Positions 47,360 through 55,596 of a stretch of 64,000 nucleotides of DNA are shown here, piece after piece. The stretch is from Bacteroidia bacterium (GTDB lineage: Bacteria; Bacteroidota; Bacteroidia; AKYH767-A; OLB10), in contig JBDTRM010000170.1 in the NCBI GenBank assembly GCA_039931675.1, positions 2,374 through 66,373 of the forward strand, in the 5' to 3' direction. How positions within the stretch are numbered: the stretch's first letter is position 1; each line of letters begins with the position of its first letter. The notes below the pieces were generated by a model. The model had not been told where the DNA came from. It was given only the letters and a program-made list of their open reading frames with translations, and did no database searches. The position numbers and the translations under genes were made by a program.

Positions 47360-49225
47360 TTAGCAATATCTTGGCATACTCAACTCAACGAATGTTCCCC
47401 TATCAATCATAGAATTTATATTAATCACCCCTCTAATTTCTTCTGCGCGATGTTGCATGTTGCGCAATCCGTTGCCACTTGTCGCCTCACCCCCAGCCCC
47501 TCTCCCGTGGAGAAGGGGGTATGCAAAACCTTTTCCATTGTCCTCAATTTTCATGTGAATATTTTTCTCGTCAAAAGTGAGTGACAGGTTTGCAAGAGTG
47601 CAGCCTGAATATTTAGAAAGATTATTTACTGCTTCCTTAAAAATGAGATACATATTATTCTTTACTTCCATGTTAAGCCTGCAATCCATTTTCTCTTTCG
47701 GGAAGTTAAATACGTAATCAATATTTTTTGCTTCCAATATTGTTGTTGCATATTCCCTCATACGGCTCATTACTTCTTCAATGGTATCGTTACCGGGATT
47801 AATGTTCCATATAATATCACTCATGTTGTCTAACAGGCGCTGGCTACGTTCATTTATTTTTTCTAAGGATGATTTTGTTTTTTCATCACCCGTATGATGT
47901 AAATTGGTTTGTGCGGTGCGGCTTAAAATATTTATACTGCTAAGTGTGCTGCCGATGTCATCATGTAAATCGCGGCTCAACCGGTTGCGCATTTTTTCCA
48001 TAGCTATTTTACTTTTCAGTTGGTTTCTGTTGATGAGTAAAACAATCAGTAACAGCAATAATATAGAACCAACGATAAATGTATTGCGAATGAGTTTTTG
48101 TTTTTGAAGTTGCTGGTCTGCAATCACGTTTCTCTTTTCCTGTTCAGTTTTTGCAGCGTTCATTTTATTTTCAAATTCAAAGCTCAATGATTTCTTATGA
48201 ACTTCAATATTTAAAAGCGAATCTCTGCAAGCAATATAGTTTTGATAATAATTCAATGCCTGCAATCGCATTTCTTCGTGGTCAAGCATTCGCAAATTAG
48301 AGGTGTCAGGTAACTTTACTGTTGACTCTTTATATAAGTTGCTTAATTCATAGTAGGCATTCTTACGACACTCCACGGCTCCCACACTGCCCGCTATCTT
48401 CAGGGCGTCATTCAGGTAACGACTGCTTTCTAAATAATTTTTTTTGTAGAAGTAAATTTTCCCGATATCTATTATTGTTTCAGCGTAGCTCCATTGATTT
48501 CCCAGTGAATCGAAAACCAATGCTGATTTATTAAGGTAAAATAAAGCAGAATCGTAGTTTTCAAGTTCAAGATAAAGAGCACCAATATTACTTAACCATA
48601 CAGCTGAACCATTCGTGTTTCCAATTTTTCGGGTGAGTTGATATGCTTTAAAATAATTTTTAAGAGCGTTGGGATATTCCTTTAAATCCTGAAGAGCAGT
48701 GCCAATTATTCCTGTATTACGAGCGATGTTCCATTCATCATTTGTTTCTTCAGCAATGCTTAGCGCTTTGTTGTTGTATTCAATTGCTTTACGGAGTTCT
48801 CCTTCAGAGTAATAATTCTGCCCGATGTTGCTTAATGCAAAAAGCATTATTTGTTTATCCCCGGCTGCTTGACCTATTTTCAATGCCATGAAATTAATTT
48901 CCAATGCCTTGGAATAGTTGCCCTGAATGTAGTAACACCACGCCAATGCAATATAGGAGTTGCCGGTTCCCTTTGACCATTGAATTTTGCTTGCCAAAGC
49001 AACAGCCTGTTGTGCAATAAGAGTTGCAGTATCGGTATTGATGGTGCTTAATTCGCGCGAAAGTAATACCAGGTGTTTAACTTTATTGGTGTCCTCCTTA
49101 TCCTGAAGCAAAAAAATTTTAAGCGAATCAATTTTGTAATGAGGGCCTAAAGACGAAAGCTGGGCAAATGAAATATTCGAGGTAAGAAGAACGAAAAAAG
49201 TTACACTCAATATTTTTACTTTCAT
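47360..49225 (-). CDS. TPR-sensor histidine kinase paralogue with an insertion in the ATP-lid region
   Basis: Same core as 45230-47287 but an unrelated TPR N-terminus. 'DNGKGFAYPLLHGRGAGGEATSGNGLRNM' replaces 'DNGKGFNDDETKHRGGLNNM'. Confidence 0.85.
   Translation of the reverse strand: MKVKILSVTFFVLLTSNISFAQLSSLGPHYKIDSLKIFLLQDKEDTNKVKHLVLLSRELSTINTDTATLIAQQAVALASKIQWSKGTGNSYIALAWCYYIQGNYSKALEINFMALKIGQAAGDKQIMLFALSNIGQNYYSEGELRKAIEYNNKALSIAEETNDEWNIARNTGIIGTALQDLKEYPNALKNYFKAYQLTRKIGNTNGSAVWLSNIGALYLELENYDSALFYLNKSALVFDSLGNQWSYAETIIDIGKIYFYKKNYLESSRYLNDALKIAGSVGAVECRKNAYYELSNLYKESTVKLPDTSNLRMLDHEEMRLQALNYYQNYIACRDSLLNIEVHKKSLSFEFENKMNAAKTEQEKRNVIADQQLQKQKLIRNTFIVGSILLLLLIVLLINRNQLKSKIAMEKMRNRLSRDLHDDIGSTLSSINILSRTAQTNLHHTGDEKTKSSLEKINERSQRLLDNMSDIIWNINPGNDTIEEVMSRMREYATTILEAKNIDYVFNFPKEKMDCRLNMEVKNNMYLIFKEAVNNLSKYSGCTLANLSLTFDEKNIHMKIEDNGKGFAYPLLHGRGAGGEATSGNGLRNMQHRAEEIRGVININSMIDRGTFVELSMPRYC
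47469..47524. repeat. GC-rich hairpin element (CCCCTCTCC-CGTG-GAGAAGGGG plus flanks) inserted in frame in the kinase gene
   Basis: Alignment with the paralogue shows 54 nt replacing 27 nt between the shared flanks 'caatcc' and 'aaaacctttt'. Its strongly GC-rich composition contrasts with the AT-rich surroundings. Confidence 0.6.
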
Positions 49226-49234
49226 ATACAGCTT

Positions 49235-49867
49235 TCAAACAATTTTATTTTGTATGGCTTTTGCCACTGCCTCGCTTTTTGAATTCACATGTAATTTGGT
49301 ATAAATATTCTTAATATGATATCGCAATGTTTCAATACCAATGTTCATTTCTCCTGCAGCCATTTTATAACTATAGCCACGCACCAGCAATGCCAGTACA
49401 TCATGTTCGCGGGCAGTGAGTGTTTGCAAATCATCTGACTTTTGAAATGGCTTTGAAAAGAGTTTTAAAACTTGCTTTGCAACTGAAGGTGTCATTGGTG
49501 CACCACCATCTTGTGCTTCGCGTATAGCATCTAAAATTTTTTCAGGTGGTGTTCTTTTTAAAATATAACCCGATGCACCATTACATATTGCCTGGAACAC
49601 ACGGTCGTTATCATCAAAAACGGTAAGCATAATTATAGTCACATCAATTCCTTCATTACGGATAGCACGCAAGCCCTGTAAGCCGTTTTCTATTGGCATG
49701 TCAATATCCATCAATACAACATCAGGATTATGATAGCTCACATTCTTCACCACATTTTTGCAATTGTTGTAAACGCCAGTCATTTCCATATCATCAGTGC
49801 TGTTAATTAAATCGCTGAGGCTGTCAACAAAATCAGGGTTGTCTTCAAAAACTAATACACGTATCAT
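49235..49867 (-). CDS. response regulator, NarL/FixJ (LuxR-type HTH) family
   Basis: REC domain ('IRVLVFEDN...DVVLMDIDMP', '...ASGYILK') followed by the C-terminal 'LTAREHDVLALLVRGYSYKMAAGEMNIGIETLRYHIKNIYTKL'. Confidence 0.9.
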   Translation of the reverse strand: MIRVLVFEDNPDFVDSLSDLINSTDDMEMTGVYNNCKNVVKNVSYHNPDVVLMDIDMPIENGLQGLRAIRNEGIDVTIIMLTVFDDNDRVFQAICNGASGYILKRTPPEKILDAIREAQDGGAPMTPSVAKQVLKLFSKPFQKSDDLQTLTAREHDVLALLVRGYSYKMAAGEMNIGIETLRYHIKNIYTKLHVNSKSEAVAKAIQNKIV

Positions 49868-50028
49868 GTGGGAGTATTTTTAAATTAAATAATGATGGAG
49901 CAAAATAACAATTCAGAAAACAAAGTTCATCCCCCATATTCAGGGGAGAAAAATAAGAAGTGTATTGGGATTTCAATTTTATATTTTTAACCGTTCTTTC
50001 CTTTTCTACATTCGTGAAAAATATTTTT

Positions 50029-50565
50029 ATGGAGAAAATCATTATCAATAGCCAATATCATCTTTCACAGATTACGCATAATGACATTCCGAAGTTGGTG
50101 GAGTACTGCAACGATATTGAAATTTATAATAACACATTGCTTATACCTTATCCTTATCTTGAAAAAGACGCAGTAGTTTTTCTAAATTGGATTGAAGCAA
50201 AGCAAACAGAGTTTGGAGCACCTGTAGTTTTTGCAATCAGAAATGTAATGGATGAATTGGTTGGCATAACAGGCTTAGTTTGCAAATACAACAAAGATTC
50301 TCACAAAGAAGAAATCGGTTACTGGATGGGCAAACCTTTTCGCGGAAACGGAATTACAACAGCAGCGGTTAAAAAGTTTACAGATTATTTGTTCAGCAAT
50401 AGAAAATACATCCGCATTGAAGCGCAAACTTACATGCACAACACAGCATCACAAAAAGTTTTAGAAAAAGCTGGATTTGAATTTGAGGGGATTTTGAAAA
50501 AGAATTTTGTGAAGAAGGGCGTTTATATTGACAACAGGTTGTTTGCAAAAATCAAGGATGAATAA
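50029..50565 (+). CDS. GNAT family N-acetyltransferase (RimJ/RimL-like)
   Basis: 'IGYWMGKPFRGNGITTAAVKKFTDYLF...IRIEAQTYMHNTASQKVLEKAGFEFEG'. The ATG at 50029 is preferred over the alternative-codon start at 49960. Confidence 0.8.
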   Translation: MEKIIINSQYHLSQITHNDIPKLVEYCNDIEIYNNTLLIPYPYLEKDAVVFLNWIEAKQTEFGAPVVFAIRNVMDELVGITGLVCKYNKDSHKEEIGYWMGKPFRGNGITTAAVKKFTDYLFSNRKYIRIEAQTYMHNTASQKVLEKAGFEFEGILKKNFVKKGVYIDNRLFAKIKDE

Positions 50566-50572
50566 AAATGTT

Positions 50573-50651
50573 ATCAACGAATTACGAATCTAAACGAATA
50601 TACGAATATGTGCGTCATTCGTAAATTCACCATTATTCGTAATTCGTTGAT
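50573..50651. repeat. perfect 17-bp inverted repeat ATCAACGAATTACGAAT / ATTCGTAATTCGTTGAT with a 45-nt ACGAAT-rich loop
   Basis: Arms at 50573-50589 and 50635-50651 were verified by reverse-complementing. ACGAAT/ATTCGT hexamers occur eight times across arms and loop. Confidence 0.7.
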
Positions 50652-50694
50652 TTCCGCTATAATTGCAAACTTTAAATTTTTTTGAAATCCGATA

Positions 50695-52236
50695 ATGAAT
50701 CAGAAATTAGAAACACTGAAAAAAAATATTGCCGAAGGTCAATTGGGTGGAGGCCAGAAACGGATTGACTCGCAACATGCAAAAGGCAAACTTACAGCAC
50801 GCGAGCGTTTGCACTTTTTATTTGATGATGGCAAGTTTGAAGAAATAGGAATGTTTGTTACGCACCGTTCAGTGGAGTTTGGTTTGGAGAATGAAAAATA
50901 TTTAGGCGATGGCGTCATCACCGCTTTCGGAAATATCAATGGTCGTCTCACTTATGTTTTCGCGCAAGACTTCACAGTTTTCGGAGGTTCATTAAGCGAA
51001 GCACATGCCACAAAGATTTGCCGCATTATGGATTTGGCAATGCAAAATGGTGCGCCTGTTGTTGGTTTGAATGACAGTGGCGGTGCACGTATCCAGGAGG
51101 GCGTAGTAAGCCTTGGTGGCTATGCCGATATTTTTTATCGCAATACATTGGCATCAGGTGTCATTCCGCAAATCAGCGCCATCATGGGACCATGTGCAGG
51201 CGGTGCAGTTTATTCTCCTGCTATCACTGATTTTATTCTGATGGTTGAAAATACTTCATACATGTTTGTTACAGGTCCAAACGTTGTAAAAACCGTAACA
51301 CATGAGGAAGTAACATCGGAAGAACTTGGAGGCGCATCGGCACACAGCACAAAGAGTGGCGTAACACATTTTAGTTGCGCTAATGAAATAGAATGTATCA
51401 ATGCTGTGAAAAGATTGTTGAGTCACATGCCTCAAAATTGCGAAGACAACGCGCCTGCAATTGCTTACACTCCTTCGAATGAATCGCGACCAAAATTGAA
51501 CGAAATTATTCCATCAAATCCTAATCAACCTTATGATATGCATGAAGTAATAAAAGGCATTATGGATGATGGTGATTTTTTTGAAGTGCATAAAAATTAT
51601 GCAGAAAATATTGTAGTTGGCTTTGCGCGATTAGCAGGTAAAAGTATTGGTATAGTTGCTAATCAGCCTGCTGTGCTTGCGGGAGTATTAGACATTCATT
51701 CATCAAAAAAAGCAGCTCGATTTGTTCGATTCTGTGATTGCTTTAATATTCCGCTGCTCGTGTTTGAAGATGTACCCGGATTTTTACCTGGTACTGATCA
51801 GGAGTGGAATGGAATAATTACCAACGGTGCAAAACTGCTGTTTGCATTTAGCGAAGCCACAGTGCCTCGTGTTACAGTTATCACACGCAAAGCTTATGGC
51901 GGTGCTTATGATGTGATGAACAGTAAGCATATAGGTGCAGATATGAATTATGCATGGCCAACAGCCGAAATTGCTGTTATGGGAGCAGCAGGTGCTGCAG
52001 AAATTATTTTCAAAAATGAAATTGCAAAAGATACAAACCCGAAAGCAAAACTGAAAGAAAAGGAACAGGAATATATCGAACACTTTGCAAATCCATACCG
52101 CGCAGCCGAGCGTGGTTACATTGACGAAGTAATAAAACCGGAAGACACTCGAATAAAACTAATCACTGCATTTAAAATGCTGGAGAATAAAGTGGCTAAA
52201 CTTCCTAAAAAGAAACATGCTAATATTCCTTTGTAA
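50695..52236 (+). CDS. acyl-CoA carboxylase carboxyltransferase (beta) subunit, propionyl-CoA carboxylase / methylmalonyl-CoA carboxyltransferase type
   Basis: '[15 protein letters not shown]...F...R...FG......[22 protein letters not shown]' and '...[14 protein letters not shown]' are hallmark blocks of this family. Confidence 0.9.
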   Translation: MNQKLETLKKNIAEGQLGGGQKRIDSQHAKGKLTARERLHFLFDDGKFEEIGMFVTHRSVEFGLENEKYLGDGVITAFGNINGRLTYVFAQDFTVFGGSLSEAHATKICRIMDLAMQNGAPVVGLNDSGGARIQEGVVSLGGYADIFYRNTLASGVIPQISAIMGPCAGGAVYSPAITDFILMVENTSYMFVTGPNVVKTVTHEEVTSEELGGASAHSTKSGVTHFSCANEIECINAVKRLLSHMPQNCEDNAPAIAYTPSNESRPKLNEIIPSNPNQPYDMHEVIKGIMDDGDFFEVHKNYAENIVVGFARLAGKSIGIVANQPAVLAGVLDIHSSKKAARFVRFCDCFNIPLLVFEDVPGFLPGTDQEWNGIITNGAKLLFAFSEATVPRVTVITRKAYGGAYDVMNSKHIGADMNYAWPTAEIAVMGAAGAAEIIFKNEIAKDTNPKAKLKEKEQEYIEHFANPYRAAERGYIDEVIKPEDTRIKLITAFKMLENKVAKLPKKKHANIPL

Positions 52237-52309
52237 GTGAAAAGGAAAGTAAAGGTGAAAGAGTTTGACAATTGAAAAAGGTTACTTTAATAACAGTTTG
52301 ATTATTGAT

Positions 52310-52342
52310 AATTCCGAGTGGTAAAACATTCGGAATTTTTTT
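52310..52342 (+). terminator. rho-independent terminator
   Basis: Stem AATTCCGA/TCGGAATT followed by a T-run. Confidence 0.75.
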
Positions 52343-52391
52343 GACTTCTTTAATATCGGATAGATAAAATATTTGCAATAACCGATTTTAA

Positions 52392-53381
52392 ATGTACATT
52401 TGTCGGATTATGATGAAAATTGACATATCCGATATTAACAAAATGCAAGCAACCTTTGACAGGCTGTTTGAAAAAAAGGCAAAATTGCAGGCTGGCAGGC
52501 CCTTGCCGCAAAGCGCCTTAAAAAAAATCAGAGAAGACCTTACTATTGAATGGACTTACAATTCAAACAGTATTGAAGGTAATACACTTACTCTTCGTGA
52601 AACAAAAATGATTTTACTGGATGGCATTACTGTAAAAGGGAAATCGCTGCGCGAACATTTTGAAGCGCACAATCATGAAAAGGCTATTAACTATTTGTAT
52701 CAATTGGTTAATAAAGATTACACCTTGAGAAGCATTGATATTTTATCACTTCACAGTTTGGTACTGCGCAGTATTGAAGAAGAATATGCAGGCAGGCTTC
52801 GCAATGCTGGTGTAAGAATAGTTGGTGCAAATTTTACACCTCCTAATGCAAGCAAAGTTTCAGATTTGTTAGATGAGTTGATTGATTTTGTAAATATAAA
52901 TCCTTTGGGGTTGAATGAAATTGTTTTGGCTACTGTGTTTCATCATAAATTAGTTTGGATACATCCTTTTTTTGATGGCAATGGAAGAACAGTTAGGTTG
53001 GCTATGAATTTATTATTGATGCGTTCAGGATTTCCTCCTGCTATTATTTTAAAGCATGATAGGAAAAAATATTATGAAGGGTTACGTCAAGCCGATATGG
53101 GTAACTATCAAAAACTTGCTTTATTAATGACGCAGGCTTTAGAGCGAACATTGAATATCTATTTAAATTCATTGCCCGGCAATAGCTATGATTATGTAGA
53201 GATTTCAAACTTGCTTGAAGAAGAGCAATTGCCTTACGGGCAAGAGTACATTAGCTTATTGGCACGCAGTGGTAAAATTGATGCTCATAAAGAAGGTAGA
53301 AACTGGCTTACGACAAAAGCGGCTGTTACTAATTATATGGATAAAAGGAAAAGAAAACGTGGGCGAGATTTAATTCAATGA
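52392..53381 (+). CDS. Fic family protein (class II, with N-terminal intramolecular inhibitory helix)
   Basis: The Fic motif is 'HPFFDGNGRTVR' (HxFx[D/E]GNGRxxR). An upstream 'SNSIEGN' fits the [S/T]xxxE[G/N] inhibitory motif. The start may be one of the Mets at 52410-52415. Confidence 0.85.
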   Translation: MYICRIMMKIDISDINKMQATFDRLFEKKAKLQAGRPLPQSALKKIREDLTIEWTYNSNSIEGNTLTLRETKMILLDGITVKGKSLREHFEAHNHEKAINYLYQLVNKDYTLRSIDILSLHSLVLRSIEEEYAGRLRNAGVRIVGANFTPPNASKVSDLLDELIDFVNINPLGLNEIVLATVFHHKLVWIHPFFDGNGRTVRLAMNLLLMRSGFPPAIILKHDRKKYYEGLRQADMGNYQKLALLMTQALERTLNIYLNSLPGNSYDYVEISNLLEEEQLPYGQEYISLLARSGKIDAHKEGRNWLTTKAAVTNYMDKRKRKRGRDLIQ

Positions 53382-53423
53382 TTGTTTTTAAAATTCGTGT
53401 ATAAAATAAATGGATGGATACTG

Positions 53424-53504
53424 GAACGCATAACATTTAATCCACAGGTTTGCAATGGCAGGCCAACTATATGCAACGTAAGTTTTACGGTTATTCACTT
53501 TTAG
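53424..53504 (+). pseudogene. possible relic of a DUF433-family (antitoxin-like) gene
   Basis: The frame reads 'ERITFNPQVCNGRPTICN...', resembling the DUF433 core 'I..dP.v..GkP.I.GTRI'. There is no in-frame ATG, and it stops after 26 codons. Confidence 0.3.
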
Positions 53505-53800
53505 AATAGCAGAAATAATTGAGCTTCAATTAACAACTCTATCCCCACATTTGCACAAAAAAAATAAGCTAAAATGGTTGGGTTTCTGAGACAGACTCAA
53601 AAAAATTTTAAGGTTTTTTCCACATAGAAATTTATGCCTTTCCCGGTATGGTAAAAGAGAGCATGATTCTGCCCATGCTTTGATTTTGAAAAGGGAACGC
53701 TTTTGGATAATAAAGAAAACAGTAATAATTGCAATTGAACTTGGAGTAAGCCGCAAGAATTAAAGGGCAATTGATATTTTTTTTATTTACAATTGAAAAT

Positions 53801-53808
53801 TAGCTTTG
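53801..53808 (+). promoter_or_regulatory. -7 box TAGCTTTG upstream of 53831
   Basis: Exact TAnnTTTG match 22 nt before the ATG. Confidence 0.45.
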
Positions 53809-53830
53809 CATCAACTAAAAACTATATGAT

Positions 53831-54730
53831 ATGAAAAAGATACAGCTACTTGTTCTCGCTTCCCTGCTATTTTTAAATCTTAATGTATTTGCCCAAAAGG
53901 AAATTACGGTAACACCAGTAAACAAACAAATGAGTCGCGGTATGCAGGCCGGCTACATGGTAAATATTCCGGAGGCGAAATTAAAAGAGGTAAATCCTGC
54001 ACTTAAAAAACAGTTAGAGGAAAATACAAAAGCCAATGCCAAAGAAATTAATGGTGAAATGGTAACTTACGAAGCGGTTAATAAAAATTTTTCACTCAAA
54101 CCTTTTATCATTTATTCTAAACTGCTCGAAACTACTGATGGTGTGGAACTTACAGCCTTTGTTACAGAAGATAGTTTAACCTTCCTGGATGAAAATGGTG
54201 AAGCAGATAAAGTAGCGGCCCTGAAAAAATCATTGCACGATTTTGCTGCTGCTGAATACAAGAAAGTTGTAACCAAACAATTGAATGTGGAGAATGGTAA
54301 ATTAAGTGATTTGAAAAAAACACTTGACGGGCAGGTAAAGGACGAAAATGATAATACAAAAGAGATAAGCAAAAAGCAACGCGAAATAGAAAGCAGCAAA
54401 TCAAAAATAGAGGCGAATAAAGTTCAGCAGGCATCCAAAGCCGAGCAGGTAGGCAATCAGCAAAAAATGGTTGACGGCATAAGCGACAAGAAATCGCCCG
54501 AATATAACCTTGCAGGAAAGAATTTAAAAAAATATGTAGGTGAAGGGAAAGATTTAGAAAAGGATGCAGAAAAATTAGCCCGCAGCATTGACGATAACAA
54601 CGCTGAAATAAAAGAACTGGAACTCAAAAATGAAAACGTGAAAAAACAGCAGGCCGATACCAAACAAAAAATTGAAGCCCAGGAAACTGCTGTGAAAAAT
54701 GTTACGGATATATTGAACGGGATTAAATAA
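53831..54730 (+). CDS. secreted Lys/Glu-rich coiled-coil protein, hypothetical
   Basis: The signal peptide is 'MKKIQLLVLASLLFLNLNVFAQ'. The C-terminal half is low-complexity K/E/N-rich heptad-like sequence. Confidence 0.55.
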   Translation: MKKIQLLVLASLLFLNLNVFAQKEITVTPVNKQMSRGMQAGYMVNIPEAKLKEVNPALKKQLEENTKANAKEINGEMVTYEAVNKNFSLKPFIIYSKLLETTDGVELTAFVTEDSLTFLDENGEADKVAALKKSLHDFAAAEYKKVVTKQLNVENGKLSDLKKTLDGQVKDENDNTKEISKKQREIESSKSKIEANKVQQASKAEQVGNQQKMVDGISDKKSPEYNLAGKNLKKYVGEGKDLEKDAEKLARSIDDNNAEIKELELKNENVKKQQADTKQKIEAQETAVKNVTDILNGIK

Positions 54731-54760
54731 ATAGTTTCAGTTTAAGTTTTTCCAGTTAAA

Positions 54761-55486
54761 TTATCCCAAAACTTCCTCCAACACTTTATGGGAATTTATT
54801 TTTGCTCCATGCAATGCATGCAATTCGTAGTAATGTAAAATGTTGTTCAGCAATTCTCTTCTTGCTTCTCCACTCATTTCTATTTGATGATGATTTTCAA
54901 AATCGCTGTTTGTGATTTGATGCAGTAGTATTGCCTGTTGCGAATTAATAAATTCAGGGTAGGGCGGAAGAGCAGTTAAGTAAACTCCTTCACGCATATC
55001 GAAAACAAAAAACGCATCATTGCAATCACCATTTGGGAAAAAACCGAGATGCTTTGTTAACTGCATTAAAAAGTAATGATGAAATTGTTTGCAGGATGTT
55101 TCTGAATGGTCAAGCAATTGTATATGATTTACTAAAAAAGCAAAAAGGTTTTTATTGGCTTCTTCCTCGCGAATGCTTTTATACAACACTTCGGCAATGA
55201 AAAAGGCAAGTGAACTCTTGGCCACATCATAAGGAATATTAATAAGTAGAGGTGAAGCGATTATATCAGACACTCTTTGTAAGTCGCGGTTTTCTTTTTG
55301 ATGAGCTATTAATTCAACTAATGAAAGCGGCTGCAATAAGTTGGCTTTGAATTTTGATTTAGATTTGCGTACACCATTTAGCATGTATGATTGCATACCA
55401 TAAGTTTCGGTATAAACTTTAGCTATAACCGAAGTCTCGGAAAAATTAACTGTGTGCAGCACTATGCCTTTGGTACGGGAAATCAT
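54761..55486 (-). CDS. recO: DNA repair protein RecO
   Basis: 241 aa. The N-terminal OB-fold-like 'TKGIVLHTVNFSETSVIAKVYTETYGMQSYMLNGVRKSKSKF' is typical of Bacteroidota RecO. Confidence 0.8.
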   Translation of the reverse strand: MISRTKGIVLHTVNFSETSVIAKVYTETYGMQSYMLNGVRKSKSKFKANLLQPLSLVELIAHQKENRDLQRVSDIIASPLLINIPYDVAKSSLAFFIAEVLYKSIREEEANKNLFAFLVNHIQLLDHSETSCKQFHHYFLMQLTKHLGFFPNGDCNDAFFVFDMREGVYLTALPPYPEFINSQQAILLHQITNSDFENHHQIEMSGEARRELLNNILHYYELHALHGAKINSHKVLEEVLG

Positions 55487-55596
55487 TTTTTTTGTTTGAA
55501 ACTTTTGGCTTTTAACCGTTAGCCTTTAGCTGCTGCAATAATAAGTTTATATGCCTTATCTCCATATTCCTCTATTTCCCGGAAATAGGGTAATTG

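Noticed and set aside
47288-47584. 98-aa + strand ORF spanning the intergenic gap and the 3' end of the kinase gene, including the peptide 'PSPSPVEKG'.
   Set aside because: It is antisense to a well-supported histidine-kinase domain. Its open frame is explained by the GC-rich insert and the codon bias of the opposite strand.
53526-53756. 76-aa minus-strand ORF in the Fic-to-53831 intergenic region; the region was also considered as a possible structured ncRNA.
   Set aside because: I recognise no family, and the peptide has odd composition. I could not fold a convincing conserved RNA such as a riboswitch, tmRNA, RNase P or SRP motif. It is left unannotated.
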